64,000 nt of DNA, taken from NCBI GenBank assembly GCA_951406725.2, contig OX597836.1, positions 49,042,001-49,106,000 of the forward strand. The letters run 5' to 3'. Each line of letters begins with the position of its first letter. Position 1 is the first letter of the stretch. A program made the translations under genes and the position numbers. The stretch is from Octopus vulgaris. Its lineage: Eukaryota. The notes under the pieces are model-generated. The model was not told the DNA's origin. It made no database searches and was given only the letters and a program-made list of their open reading frames with translations. Of the stretch, positions 11,717-25,379 are shown piece after piece.

Positions 11717-12307
11717 AATAAACAAGATGAGGACAAATATCCGTCGAATGTAAATAATGTAAATAGTGTTTGGTAATTATTTTGGATTGAAAATGTGATG
11801 CGTGGAAAGAAAATTTTAAAGGCTTCTGTAACAAATTTATGTAACAATCCTTTCTTGACTCTTTTTACAAGTAAACTAAAGATATCACCACCACCACGGA
11901 AACAACAACAATAACAACACCAAAAAAGTCATAATCCTTTGTACTAAAGGCACAAAGCCTGAAATATTGGGGGAGGGGATGAGTGGATTCTATCGACCCC
12001 AGTGTTTCACTGGTACTTAATTTATCAACCCCGAAAGGATGAAAGGCAAAGTTGAAATCGGCGTGTTAACGATTCTGCCAGTTCGCTGCCTTAAATAATA
12101 AAGGCATCAAGAGGAATATAAAGGAAGCTGGAATAGGGTGCCCTGTAGAACTGTTAGGGTTAGGGTTATCCCCCTTGGCACGGCCACAATATTCATGAAA
12201 GTATTAGATAACTGAAAAGAGCGGCTAGCATGGTACCGTAGGCTGCAGGTAGCAAGCCCGCTACGCACGCAAGACTCCAGTAGCTTCAACAAAACCTGTG
12301 ATAGAGA

Positions 12308-12947
<640 letters not shown>

Positions 12948-13213
12948 AATAATGATAAAGAGGTCTGGATTAGAGAAAGAAACTAAAGGTTTAAGCCACC
13001 CAATAATATTATTTGGTTAGAAAAGAACTTTATTCAGTTAAAATACTAAAATAAAAGAGAAGCAGGAAGCGCAAAATGTCCATTCGCAGTGATAGAAAAA
13101 GCAAAAGCAAAAAGGTAAAAAAAAAAGAAGAAAAAAACGAAAAACAATCAACCACTTTATTTCCGGTTACCCAGAATACGCACAGAACTGATTGGGTAGA
13201 TAGCTATCTACCC

Positions 13214-13252
<39 letters not shown>

Positions 13253-13583
13253 TCACACATACATACACACAAACACAGACACGCAGACACACACACACAT
13301 GTGTGTGTATGTGTGTATGTATGTATGTATGTATATATATATGTGTGTGTGTGTGTAAATCCATTGGCAATATTCTGACAGTTGCAGATCAAAGGTAAAA
13401 ATCGATGGCATAAACAGGCACAAAAACTGGTCTTTAACAATGACATGGCTTCCATAGACTTCGAAGTGGCCCCCTCCCCAACCCTATCCAGATTGGCAGG
13501 AAGATCAAAGGGAACCATCCAGGTATGCAATTAAAGACACAAAGGAAAACATATGCACACTGATGGCCATCTGGAACCTTTAC

Positions 13584-13621
<38 letters not shown>

Positions 13622-15424
13622 TGTAAATATATATATATATGTGTGTGTGTGTGTTTGTTTATGTGTGTGCGCATGTGTGTGTATGTGTGTGTGTGTGTGT
13701 GTGTGTATGCATCGCCCGGAAGGAAGTGGCTAAGACTATCAAAGCACATTGACTTTGAAATGGAAATAAACAAGATGTAGCTGGATATGAAAGTAAAGTG
13801 AAAAGATCCCGACAATATTAATAATTGTTGTAGTGAATCCGATAAAAGAAGAATATGAATTGAAATCTAAACGCAATAACGGCGTCCATTACTCGACTGT
13901 GAACACGAGAGATAAACCTAAACAAACAGAACGCTCATAGGTTATGGCAAACCACACAACATGCGTCGTATATATTGATTTCAAATTTTGGGTATAAGGC
14001 CAGTGAGTTCAGGGGAGAGGGTCATGTCGATTACATCGACCTCACTGCTCAACTCGAACTTCTTTTATTGACCCCACCCCCCGAAAGGATGAAGGGTAAA
14101 GTCGACCTCGGCAGAATTTGGACGCAGAACGTGAAGACGGACGAAATGCCGCTAAGCATTTCGTCCGGCCTGCTAACCATGCTGCCAGCTCGGTGTCTTG
14201 TATCGACTTCTTTCGCAGAAACAACAACCAGAAATTTAAGAGAAGAAAGAACAAACGACTCTGTGTTCCTGGAATTCGTTCAGGTTTCGACACAAGGCCA
14301 GCAGTTTCGAGGAAGACAAGGTAAGTCGACTGCATTGACCCCAGTGTTTAACTGGTACTTATTTTATCAGCCCCGAAAGAACGAAAAGGTAAAGTGGATC
14401 TCGGCGGAATTCAAGGCCTAAAAATCCGGAAGAAACGCCGTTCACCATTTTTCCAAACGATTCTACAAAATCCCCAAAACTTGTTCCTACAATAATAAGT
14501 CAAGTGGCGAACTGGCGGAAGCGTCAGCACATCAGAATGTTTAGCAATATTTCGTCCGGCTCTTTATGTTCTGAGTTCAAATCCCACCGAGGTCAACTTT
14601 ACCTTTTATACCTTCGACAAGAAAAGGAACAGCAACAACAACGACAACACTAGCTTCAAATTTTGGCATAAGTTCAGCAAATTTGAGAGAGAGGGACAAA
14701 TCGATAATATCCTAATGCCAAAAAGTATTGTAAGATGTGGTTCGAAAGCAATGACCTCTGGAAATGGTCATTCGGGACAAAAAGTCCCACTTAATGTTGT
14801 TGAATTCGCCCAAATAAATAAATAGATTTAAAAGAGGGTATTGGATCAATCTACAATAATATAATTGAGATGATACATTGCTGCTGCATATCTGCTTTGC
14901 AAACAACACGGACAAGTAATATAAAAGAAACAGATTGAGTCGTGGAGAGGAAAAGATAACAAAGATGTGAGAAAATATATCAATTCAAACATGTTATCGA
15001 ATATACGGAAATCGCAAAGAATAAATATATGCGGATATAAAGGAGAGCTATTGACTGCACATAAAAACTGTTTATCTGCCGCAAACTAAGGAAATATCAC
15101 AGCAGAGCCTACTTCACACAATACGACCACCACAAAAGAAAGAAACGCGACAGAAAGAACCACATGACCAGCAAGATAATAAATGAAAGGTCAAAAGTGA
15201 ATCCATGAGAGGTGGATCAAGGCAACGCTAGGAATAACAGGTTGTCAGAAGAGCTCAGAAGAGGTTGTGTATGTTCATATGTGTGTGCATGTTTGAATGC
15301 GTATGTTATGCACCTGTATGTGTATGAATATTGTTTTCTGTGTTTGTGTGTCTCAATGTGAACAACTATAGTATAATGTCTTGGTGTTGTAGTTGTTAGT
15401 GAATGTATCTTTCTGATATGATGT

Positions 15425-15700
15425 TGCAGCTTATTCCATCCTGGTCTGTATTTTTTTTTTAATAAACATAAAATTCTCTGTAGAATGTGAAATATATCCA
15501 ATAACACCAGGCTTTTTCAGAATAAAGGTAATGAAAAGAGGGCCTAGAATTCTAAGGATTTGTTTGCTTCACATAAATGTTCACTTACTGGAATCTGTCG
15601 AGTGTTAGGATCTCGTATTTGTTGACGATGAATAGTCAGTCTCTTTCTCGAGGTAAGTTTTGTTTGTTTCGTGTAATTTTCATTAGATCCATGGTATTCA
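15425..15700 (-). mobile_element. PLE GIY-YIG 3' fragment (degenerate)
   Basis: Minus-strand translation GSNENYTKQTKLTSRKRLTIHRQQIRDPNTRQIPVSEHLC...KKYRP. Confidence 0.7.
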
Positions 15701-17134
15701 ATAAAAAAAAATTATTGTTTTTCTTTTTTTACGAACAGGTGAAGTGAAATTTTACAGTGAAAATACATCCTGATTTAAATTTATAAGTTTTGTCTTCTTT
15801 AAGACCATGCGGGTTCTGCAATAATGTATATCAGAGGAGGAGGAGGAACGGTGCTGGAAACTGATGCACGGTCTTAAAAAAAATAGTGACTATTGAAATG
15901 GGCAGAAACGAGAAAGACAGTGAAAACTAAATACATAAATAAATAAACGCTTGGCTTGATTAGCGAAAAGTGTTTGATAGGTTAACTTGATTAACACTTG
16001 GATATTGGAGATATTTCATAACAGATAAAACGGCTCCATTATTCACGTCAATTATACAATGTCAGAATGGAAACAGTCTTATTTCTAAAAAACGATGAGA
16101 ACCAGTTCTGGATTCTTTGAGAGAGACACCCTATTTTTTGTTCCCTTCAACATATCTCAGACCCTTTAATAAATCTGTCGTATAATGGGATAGAAATGAT
16201 AAACCATCTCTAAATGGCTTGAAACAGGGGACGATGTTCGTGTGAGGAACCCTAATAAAAATGTTCATTAATTCAATTAAGATGTAAAAGATTTGTTTGT
16301 TATGTGTCAAAGCCACGGTAACTTGACGAAAATTAAGTAACGCTAAGGCCATTAGATTAGATACAGGGAAATGAGAGAATTGGGGCAGAACCTCGCTCCA
16401 AAAATATTTAAAACATAAAACCGATAAGAGACAACAAACCGAAATGAAGAAAATTCAGAGTTCTACAGAAGTGACAATAATGTTCGGAATACGATGTGTC
16501 TCTGAAGAAAACCATTTATAATCACTACGGCTTCAGTATAATGTAAGTTACGTAAATTTAAGAGATTCTACAGAAAACAAAACAAAAAAAACCCCAGAAA
16601 TTTACAGAGTTCTGAAGCCACCCGTCCACAAACTGATAAGATGACACCATTTCGGGTGGAAATTAGATTTCTTCCGACGAGAAAGAAAAGCATTTTCGAT
16701 GTTTGCTTCACTAAAACCATAGAATTCATGGGTTGAAGTTGACGATTTTCTTAAAACATAACATAATACAGCTCATTATGTATGGTCCGAGGGCAAGCAC
16801 GGATACGGGCATGCGCACGCACACACGTACACACACATACGCACACACGCATACACACACGTACACACAGAGGGCCTCAAACGCTGATCATTTCACACTC
16901 ATTCACCACCCAGCCCCTAATTCGCGATGGCTGTGGCACATCTTACGCCAAATCTGAACAGATCACCTAAGGACCAGGTTCCGCATCAACAGACTAAGAA
17001 TGGCACCGACCAAATCTGATGGCTTCCTTCTTATCAGTCATGCTACAGAACCGATTAACCGAGCAACCAGCCAGCCCAACCAACCAACCAACCAACCAAC
17101 CAACCATCTCACTCAACACCATAAACATGCCACA

Positions 17135-17182
<48 letters not shown>

Positions 17183-17835
17183 CGTACGTACGCACGCACG
17201 CACGCACGCACACACACACAGCACAACACAAAAATTCACTTATTCAAGTGAATTCTAAATCCTAAAAAGAAAAACGTTTCTCTTTTTTTGAAGCATCAGA
17301 TATTTAAAAATCTGTAAAAAATTAATCAATTAATCAATTAGTTAATTAATTAATTAAGAGTATAAAAGTTACTTTTAAAAATAATCCAAACAAATCTCCA
17401 AAATGTTTTGTCCATGTTTTTTTATTTTTTAAAAGGTGCAGCCGTCACTAACGAGCGAGTATTAACCTGCTGCTCGTACCATCCGTTCGCTAATTCTTTT
17501 AAAGTCCCTGTGTTGTCACGAGCGGACGTAAATACCTTCTCTGTTCTTGCAATTCCTGATACGGCAGAGCATCGAGGATGTGGAGGGCAGTGGAGGGAGA
17601 GGAGGTTGAAGCAACTCTTGGCTGCTACTTGTTTTCAACCAAGTAGACTGGAACAGCGTAAAAGGATGCCCCTTGCTAGAGGACACAATCTGTCACTCGG
17701 TCCGCGAATCGAACCCGAGACCTTATAATCGAAGACCCAACGCTTTTAAAGTGTAGGGATAAAGAACGCAGCTAATTGTTGTATTAGCTTTTAAAATGAT
17801 GAAAGCAAAGTGAGTTTAATAACAATTTCTAACAT

Positions 17836-18000
17836 AGGCGCAGGCGTGGCTGTGTGGTAAGAAGTTTGCTTCCCAACCACATGGTACTGGGTTCAGTCCC
17901 AACTGCGTGACACCTCGGGAAAGTGTTTTTACTATAGCCTCGGGCCGACCGAATCCTTGTGACTGGATTTGATAGACGGAAACTGAAAGATGTCCATCGT
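17836..18000 (+). mobile_element. Main octopus-type tRNA-derived SINE, 5' part
   Basis: ggcgcagg.gtggctgtgtggtaag...ggttcagtccc...gacggaaactgaaaga; many copies in the window. Confidence 0.85.
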
Positions 18001-18059
18001 ATATATATATATATAATCAAAATAAGCAACAAGAATATCCAGAGGTATATCCTGGATAC

Positions 18060-18459
18060 TCTTACTCTTTTACTTGTTTCAGTCATTTGACTGTGGCCAT
18101 GCTGGAGCACCGCATTTAGTCGAGGAAATCGACCCCGGAACTTTTGTAAGCCCAGTACTTAATCTATCGGTCTCTTATGCCGAACCGCTAAGTGACGGGG
18201 ACGTAAACACACCAGCATCGGTTGTCAGGCAATGCTAGGGGGGACAAACACAGACACACAAACACACACACGCATATATATATCTCTATCCCTGTTGCCC
18301 GCTTTGGGATCTTTCTTTCCTCTCTCTTCCTTCTTTATGTTTCCGACGAAGAGCTCCGCTCGAAACGTCATACCTCCCTGCTTCCATTTCCTGAGCGCCT
18401 ATTAATAATAATAATGTAATTGTTCCATTGTTGTTGTTTTTTTGTTTTCCCGTTTGGAT

Positions 18460-18499
<40 letters not shown>

Positions 18500-18665
18500 T
18501 ACGACGGGCTTCTTTCAGTTTCCGTCTACCAAATCCACTCACAAGGCATTGGTCTGCCCGGGGTTATAGCAGAAGACACTTGCCCAAGATGCCACGCAGT
18601 GGGACTGAACCCGGAACCATGTGGTTGGTTAGCAAGCTACTTACCACTCAGCCACTCCTGCGCCT
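18060..18665 (-). mobile_element. Main SINE, full length, with an HHR element nested in its central microsatellite
   Basis: 3' part at 18060-18270, 5' part at 18500-18665, foreign insert at 18285-18465. Confidence 0.85.
18285..18465 (+). mobile_element. Short HHR element, family B (core CCGACGA, U4C); HHR at 18339-18373
   Basis: gttt CCGACGA a gagc-tcc-gctc GAA ACGT C atac; homologous to 35885-36083 and to the ends at 21780-21920. Confidence 0.75.
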
Positions 18666-19246
18666 TGTTGCTTATTTTGATTATAACCACCCCATTTGAT
18701 TTATATGGATAATACCATACTAAATTCTGGTGCCTTTAACTTAAGTACCATATTCAACCGAATCTATATATATATATATACATATGTGTGTGTGTGTGAG
18801 TATGTATGTATATATATTTATGTGTGTGTGTATGTATTTCTGTCTGTATTTGCCCCCCCCACCTCACAACCGCCACCGGTGTTGGAGCGTCTGCATCCTC
18901 GTAACTTAGCGGCTCGGCAAAAGATAAGTACTTGTGTTGATTAATTCGCAGCCCAATAATTCAGACATTGAGAAAGAAAGAAGAAAAGAAAGAAAGAAGG
19001 AAAGCAATTGAAAATATTTAATAAGTTTCAAATTTAAAAAAATATATTTTACAGATTTTAATTTTTTTCAAGCAAAAATCCGAAGACCTTCTTTTAAAAA
19101 GGTAAACTTAATAAAAATAGTTAAAAGGGTTTTGTTTTTTTAAAAAAAAATGTTCTTTTAAACTGAGACCAAAATACGTCAATTCCTCAACTGACATTTA
19201 CAGGAGAGGAAAGAAGACTGGAAAGAAAGGCAAACACAGCAATCCC

Positions 19247-19310
19247 TCGACTATCGCGGTTGTTACGTTCCAAAAGCACCGCGGTAAGTGAAAATCCGCG
19301 AAGTAGAAAA
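19247..19310 (+). mobile_element. Tigger/pogo-like transposon terminus
   Basis: CAGCAATCCCTCGACTATCGCGG...GTTCC...GAAAATCCGCGAAGTAG; a similar terminus occurs at about 26101. Confidence 0.55.
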
Positions 19311-19979
19311 CACGACGGCGAGTGGTGCATTAGGTTCTTGCGCAAAATATTTCATTTTAGATTATTCCAGTCCATTCGGCCGTAAATGGGTTCCAGATGC
19401 TGTGTGAAGGGGTGGGGGTGATGTATAATACATTGTGAATACTGTATGCATTCTGTGTGTGCGTGTGTGTATGTCATAGGTAGTACTTTGTGTGTGCGTG
19501 CGTGTGTTTCGTTTCCTGACTAAATACATATATCAGCTAAGCTACAACAGTCGTTCTTTAACCCGAGGTGTCTCCGAATGAGCATGCCTATGATCACACA
19601 GCGTCCAGCCGTGTGCATACCGTCTTTTTTCTTTCTTTCAGTTCTAGGCATTGTTTACCTGAGAGTACATTATCCGCTGCGCCCGTCAATATTTTTAAGA
19701 CGAGAAGATGTAGTTTGACAGGTGCTTTTGTTATTATTTCTAGCAGGCCGTGTTACCACATAGAGGCTCCACCGTTATAAGCGATTCTCGACCCAAGTAT
19801 ATTACAGGTACATTCACTACTTCATTTCCTACTCACCACATTTCCTACTCGGTAGTTTCGAATGGCTGAACGACCGTCCCTGCCGCTCGAACCTGCAATC
19901 GTCGAGTTTACAGCAGCCAACGCGGAAGCAAAATTATATAATTGTAACCTAGTTGTAGAATAGTAGCCTCTTGTGTGTG

Positions 19980-20017
<38 letters not shown>

Positions 20018-20339
20018 CGTAGCATTGTGTGTGCGCGCGCGTTAGTAGCCGCGTGTGTGTGTGTTTGTGTGAGTGTGTGTGTGTGTGTGTGTGTGAATGT
20101 GTTCGTAGCATTGTGTGTGTGCGCGTGTTAGTAATTATGTGCGCATATGTATTAGTGACTTCGTGTACTGTTTAACTGTGTGTGCGTGTGTGTGTCTGTG
20201 TAATAATCTACCTCTGTGTAAGTGTGCGCGCGTGTGTGTGTGTGTGAGTACGTACGTATAGATGTGATTACAGAAGTGTATGTGTGAGTGTGTGTGTGTG
20301 TAAGGCTGTGTGCATATCTGTATGAATGTGCGTGTATGC

Positions 20340-20383
<44 letters not shown>

Positions 20384-20574
20384 CTAGTTGCGTTTGAGAA
20401 TGAGCGCACATGTAAATCTGAGTAGGTGTGTGTCAGTGTGTGTGTGTGTGTGTGTGTATAAGTATGAGTATGTGCGTGTGTGTGTGTGAGTGTGATACAT
20501 AGGTTAGTATAGCAGAGAATAAATGTGTTCGAGCAGGGGTATTCAACTGTCGTGTCTGTGTGTGCGTATATGAG

Positions 20575-20675
<101 letters not shown>

Positions 20676-20869
20676 GCGTGTGCGCGCGCACGCATTCGGA
20701 TGTGACACCAACCAATACACGGATATATCGATCTCTATGTAACAGTCATGTGAGGCATACTGAACGTGTAACTGTGTCATTGCGTGTGTGTGTGAGAGAG
20801 AGAACAGCGAAAGTAGGTCATTGCGTGTGTGCATTCTCATACCTTCACAAATGCACACAGCTCTGTTGT

Positions 20870-21071
20870 ATCTTTCTCTCCTTTCGCTTGTTTCATTCAT
20901 TCGACTGCGGCCATACTGGGGCACTCTCTTGAAGTATTCTAGTCGAACGAACCGACCCCTTGGGACGTCGTGTTATTTTTTAAAGCCTAGCACTTATTCT
21001 TCTGATCTGTTTTGTTGAACTGCTAAGTTACGGGAAAGTAAACAGACCAACACCGGCTGTCAAGTGGTGTT

Positions 21072-21155
<84 letters not shown>

Positions 21156-21310
21156 CAACAGGCTTCTTTCAGTTTCCGTCTACCAAATCCACTCACAAGT
21201 CTTTGATCGGCCCGAGGCTATAGAAGACACGTCCTCAAGGTACCACGCAGTGGGACTGAACCCGGAACCATGTGGTTGGTAAACAAGCTACTTAAAAAAC
21301 GCTACGCCTG
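20870..21310 (-). mobile_element. Main SINE, full length, degenerate
   Basis: Homologous to 50082-50480. Further copies at 24280-24460, 27490-27700, 44690-44875, 52260-52375, 59510-59640, 59730-60085 and 61140-61340. Confidence 0.8.
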
Positions 21311-21365
21311 TACATTCCTACAAACATACATACGTTCATTCATTCGTGTGTGGTGCGTCCGCATA

Positions 21366-21412
<47 letters not shown>

Positions 21413-21503
21413 TGTATATATATATATGTGTGTGTGTGCGTGTCTGTATATATACATACATACATACATAAATATGTCCAAAAATATACATGTATGCATG
21501 TAT

Positions 21504-21543
<40 letters not shown>

Positions 21544-21593
21544 TATTTACATATATATAAGTATGCATGTGTCTATGTATATATTTCTATATG

Positions 21594-21783
<190 letters not shown>

Positions 21784-21934
21784 TGTGCTTTCTTGTTTGG
21801 ATTAACTATATATATATATATATATATAGTTAATCCAAACAAGAAAGCAAAAAAAAAAAAACACAACGCGAGGACGTGGAACAAATAAAGTATTATTGGA
21901 CGCTCAGGAAAGAAGGACATGCAAACATATCTTT

Positions 21935-23100
21935 TATCTTTTACTGGTTTTAGCGCAGGGTTGAGGTCATGCTGGTGCACTACCTGCAGTTGCTCGGTGT
22001 TGTTTCCGGTATTGCTTTTTGTGAAGTGGTGAGTTGGACGGAGCTGCTCTTCTTTGTATCTCCTGACACGATGTGGGTTCATTTGTTATCTCAGACAGAA
22101 ACCTGTCCAGGCATTCCTTGAAAACATGCACACCAACACCATGTAGGATTTTGAACAATTGCGGGCATTTAAAACCCAGACTTTGACTGTAAGGTGTCCT
22201 TATTTTAGATGGGGAAGGCAGGATCTTTGGTATGATGCAGTGCCGTCTAGTTCGAAGATTGGTATAGCTGTCAATTCCAAAATTGGGAGCTAATCCCTCC
22301 AAGATCTTCCAAATATATATCACCGCATATCTCTCTCGTCTTTTCTCCAGGGAATAGAGACTCAGCTCCTTTAGCCTCTCCCATTAGCCAATCTTTTGCA
22401 TCGAGGCAATCTTCTTTGCATATTGGCACTGGATTGCTTCGAGTTCCACAATTTGTTTCACAGTCTATGGGGACCATAGTTGGGAGCAGAAGTCCAAGCG
22501 GTTGAGAACGAAAGACGTCCATAGTAGTAGCAGGTCCTCCCTTTTCCTGGGTCTGAATGTCCTCAGAATCCAGCCAGCCACTCAACTGCACAGTGTTGCC
22601 ATCTTGGCAATATGCACATAGAATGTTGCCTCATTGCTCATCTGAACCCCCAGGTCACACACCGACTCCAACTCTGGGATCGTATTACCTTCTGGTCCAG
22701 TGTGTTCCGATTTTAGCCTGGTGTTGGACCGATAGTGGAGTTCCTGAAATTTCACAGCATTGAGCTGCATGTTATTCTTGTTAGCCCATTTGTAGATTTC
22801 GTTCAAGTCTTTCTGCAGTTTTATGATGTCCTCTGGGCTTCTAACTGCCTGCGATACTTTTGTGTCGCCAGCATAACTGGTCAGATTGGCTGACTGTACC
22901 GCGGAGGGCATGTCTGATAGGCCCACCACAAATCGTAGTGGCCCTACTACAGTTCCATGTGGGACTCCGCTGAGAACCGGTGTCTCTTCAGAGTGAGCAC
23001 CATTAGCTACAACTGTCTGACTCCTGCTCTTCAGAAAATCACGCAGCCACTCTCCCAGTCTCCCAGTAATACCAAGGTTTCGCAGCTTATGACATATCAT
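21935..23100 (-). mobile_element. CR1/L2/Jockey-group LINE, 5'-truncated RT C-terminus
   Basis: KLRNLGITGRLGEWLRDFLKSRSQTVVANG...SGVPHGTVVGPL...SYAGDTKV...LQKDL..IYKWA..NNMQLN; LYSLEKRRERYAVIYIWKILEGLAPN. Confidence 0.9.
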
Positions 23101-23104
23101 CTGA

Positions 23105-23528
23105 GAAAATCACTCTATCCCAAAATGAACTGGATTTTTCTGACATCCCCTTAGCCCATTTCTATCTTTTCATGATATTAATTGGTTGAAGGAGAGGTTT
23201 TCTTCTAGCTGTTCGTCCATAATACCCAAGCTTATGCAGATATGTAACACACTTTCTTGGACTAACTTGTAGCTGTTTTGCAATATCAGAAGCCTTCGAA
23301 CGGGGTTCGTTTTACACAATTCTCTTCAAACAGCGAAGCTTCCTTTCCGAGGGACTAAAATCTGTTCATTCTTTTCCTTGGCTTTTGAATTGCATTATAA
23401 TTCTATTAACAGTAGCAAGTGGAATTTGAGGGTTTTCGGCAATTTTTCGCTGGCTAAGACCAGCCCCAGGTTGCCCAACAATACGACCTCTTTGAAAATT
23501 TGACAGTTGTGCTGATTTTTTTGTGCGT

Positions 23529-23530
<2 letters not shown>
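23105..23530 (-). mobile_element. Tc1-like transposase N-terminal relic
   Basis: [13 protein letters not shown]...[23 protein letters not shown] (paired-like HTH). Confidence 0.7.
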
Positions 23531-23617
<87 letters not shown>

Positions 23618-23619
23618 GA

Positions 23620-23821
23620 TGCAGCACGAAGTTTTGTCAGTGAACAGGTCGCAGTCTCAAAGAGACGAAAATATTTTGACAAATTAATTTTAAATGTTGA
23701 AGTGAATCTAACGGTTTTTGTGTGTTTCTTAAATGTCTTATAAACACCTTCCACGCTGCAATTGTTTTCGTTCCAGCACACGATTTCAGATCAGGTCACT
23801 TGCTATGGAAGTACATCTCCG

Positions 23822-23825
<4 letters not shown>
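23620..23825 (+). mobile_element. Short HHR element, family C (core GUGAACA, G3-C8 swap); HHR at 23633-23683
   Basis: tttgtca GTGAACA g gtcgc-agtctcaaa-gagac GAA AATATT T tgacaaa; flanked by (TA)n; further copies at 27031-27352. Confidence 0.75.
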
Positions 23826-23859
<34 letters not shown>

Positions 23860-24460
23860 GTAAATATTAATATATATAAATATATATCTGTAAATATAAA
23901 ACCATCCGAATTTCTGAGTACCTCATTTCTTCTAATATAAAATACCTGTACATCATCTCCAAACCTTCTAATATATATATACATGACAAAACAAATCTTA
24001 CAGCTGTTTCTAATCAGATTACCAGAATGCCATCTATACATAAATTTGAGAATAAAATTCTTCGTCTTCATAGGGCATTCGAGTTAAGGCAAAAGATCTT
24101 CATGAGAGTGAAAAACAAGAGCATACAATATATAAACAAAAGGACGAAGGAAAAGGAAAGCAAACATGGCATAGACAAATAGTCTAAAAGCCCAATATGT
24201 TAGTGCATATAAATTTACCATGAGGGCTACAAGAGCGTAGATGAGAGAGTGGGCCCACTTTTTCATACACACACAGACACACACCGGTGTTGGTATATTT
24301 ACGCCCCTGCAAACTATGGCCTCGGCCAAAAGGGTCCGATGTAATAAATATCTTTAAAAAATGGTACCGGGGTCGATTTTTCGACTAAATTCTTCGAGAC
24401 GAGATACCAGCATTGTCGCAGTCTTAATGACTGACACAAAGGACATAAGTAAAAGATAGA

Positions 24461-24511
<51 letters not shown>

Positions 24512-24518
<7 letters not shown>

Positions 24519-24689
24519 CAATGTAACTATACACGTACTGTTGGAAATTTCTTTTCCTTCTTTGGACTTTTCCCTTTCTCCTTTCCGACGAGGTGCTATG
24601 CTCGAAACATCAGACTCTCTCTTTTCACCGAACATCAAGCTAAAACATTTCTTGTTGTACATCCTCTTCTTCTCCATTAATATTGCTCG

Positions 24690-24697
<8 letters not shown>
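24512..24697 (+). mobile_element. Short HHR element, family D (core CCGACGA); HHR at 24582-24614
   Basis: ttt CCGACGA g gtgc-tat-gctc GAA ACAT C aga; near-identical inverted copy at 28933-29116. Confidence 0.7.
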
Positions 24698-24732
<35 letters not shown>

Positions 24733-24914
24733 TAGCATTATGACCCGTCGTTGCCGGGTCATAGTGCTAGTGCATGTATGTATGTATATATATATATATA
24801 TATATATGTGTACATATTACATGTACATCTATATACATATATACATCTACGCATAAAATACAAAATACAAAGTTATATCTGGATATCGCTAGTGATAACA
24901 ATACTCAAAATATA

Positions 24915-25379
24915 TAACAGACTGGAATTGTAAGCCCGTCTCTTGTAATTTCGATCAATTGTATCTTGTCCTCCCTCTTGTATAGAAGTGTGGCTATAAT
25001 CCAGCCTACCTCTACTTTTGGGGGGACATTTTAAATTTTTACCCGGGACGTCCTACGTCCTAGATATAAAGGTAAAAATAAAATATTTCCACTTTGCAAG
25101 GTTCGAGTCGAGTACTCCCTTGCACGCTCCGTTGACTCGAACCTTGCTTCTATTGTGGCGAATTTACCGCCTCTGGTTAGATATCTTTCATAGTCGCACC
25201 AAGACACTTTTCGATGGTGCTTTCCTCCAGGTGTTCAAATCTTTTTTTTTCTCTACATTGTATACTTTATAGACAATAGTCTTTTCTTTAATTTAATTTT
25301 TTATTTCATTTGGCAGTGTTATCCTAAATTCACCGTCTTTGTCGGTGATCAATCTGAAATAGGTTTGTATTTCTTCCAT
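24915..25379 (-). pseudogene. Degenerate N-terminal fragment resembling a LINE ORF1 (RRM-type)
   Basis: With frameshifts: MEEIQTYFRLITDKDGEFRITLP...KTIVYKVYNV...LTRGGKFATIEARFESTERAREYSTRTLQSGNILFLPLYLGRRTSRVKIxNVPPKVEVGWIIATLL. Confidence 0.45.

Larger units (their letters stand above)
10635..11765 (+). mobile_element. 5'-truncated PLE (Poseidon-like): RT thumb, GIY-YIG and pLTR; disrupted
   Basis: GQEDVQVLLDHVNSIMPSIQFTMEKEKDNQIAFLDVLITR, YLSFNSRHPYSVKRGI, KNCVYSIPCSCGRLY, KSGIADHVW, RKLKEAAH; several stops and frameshifts. Confidence 0.9.

Noticed and set aside
12154-12168. Telomeric TTAGGG repeats
   Set aside because: Only about 2.5 units; compatible with chance.
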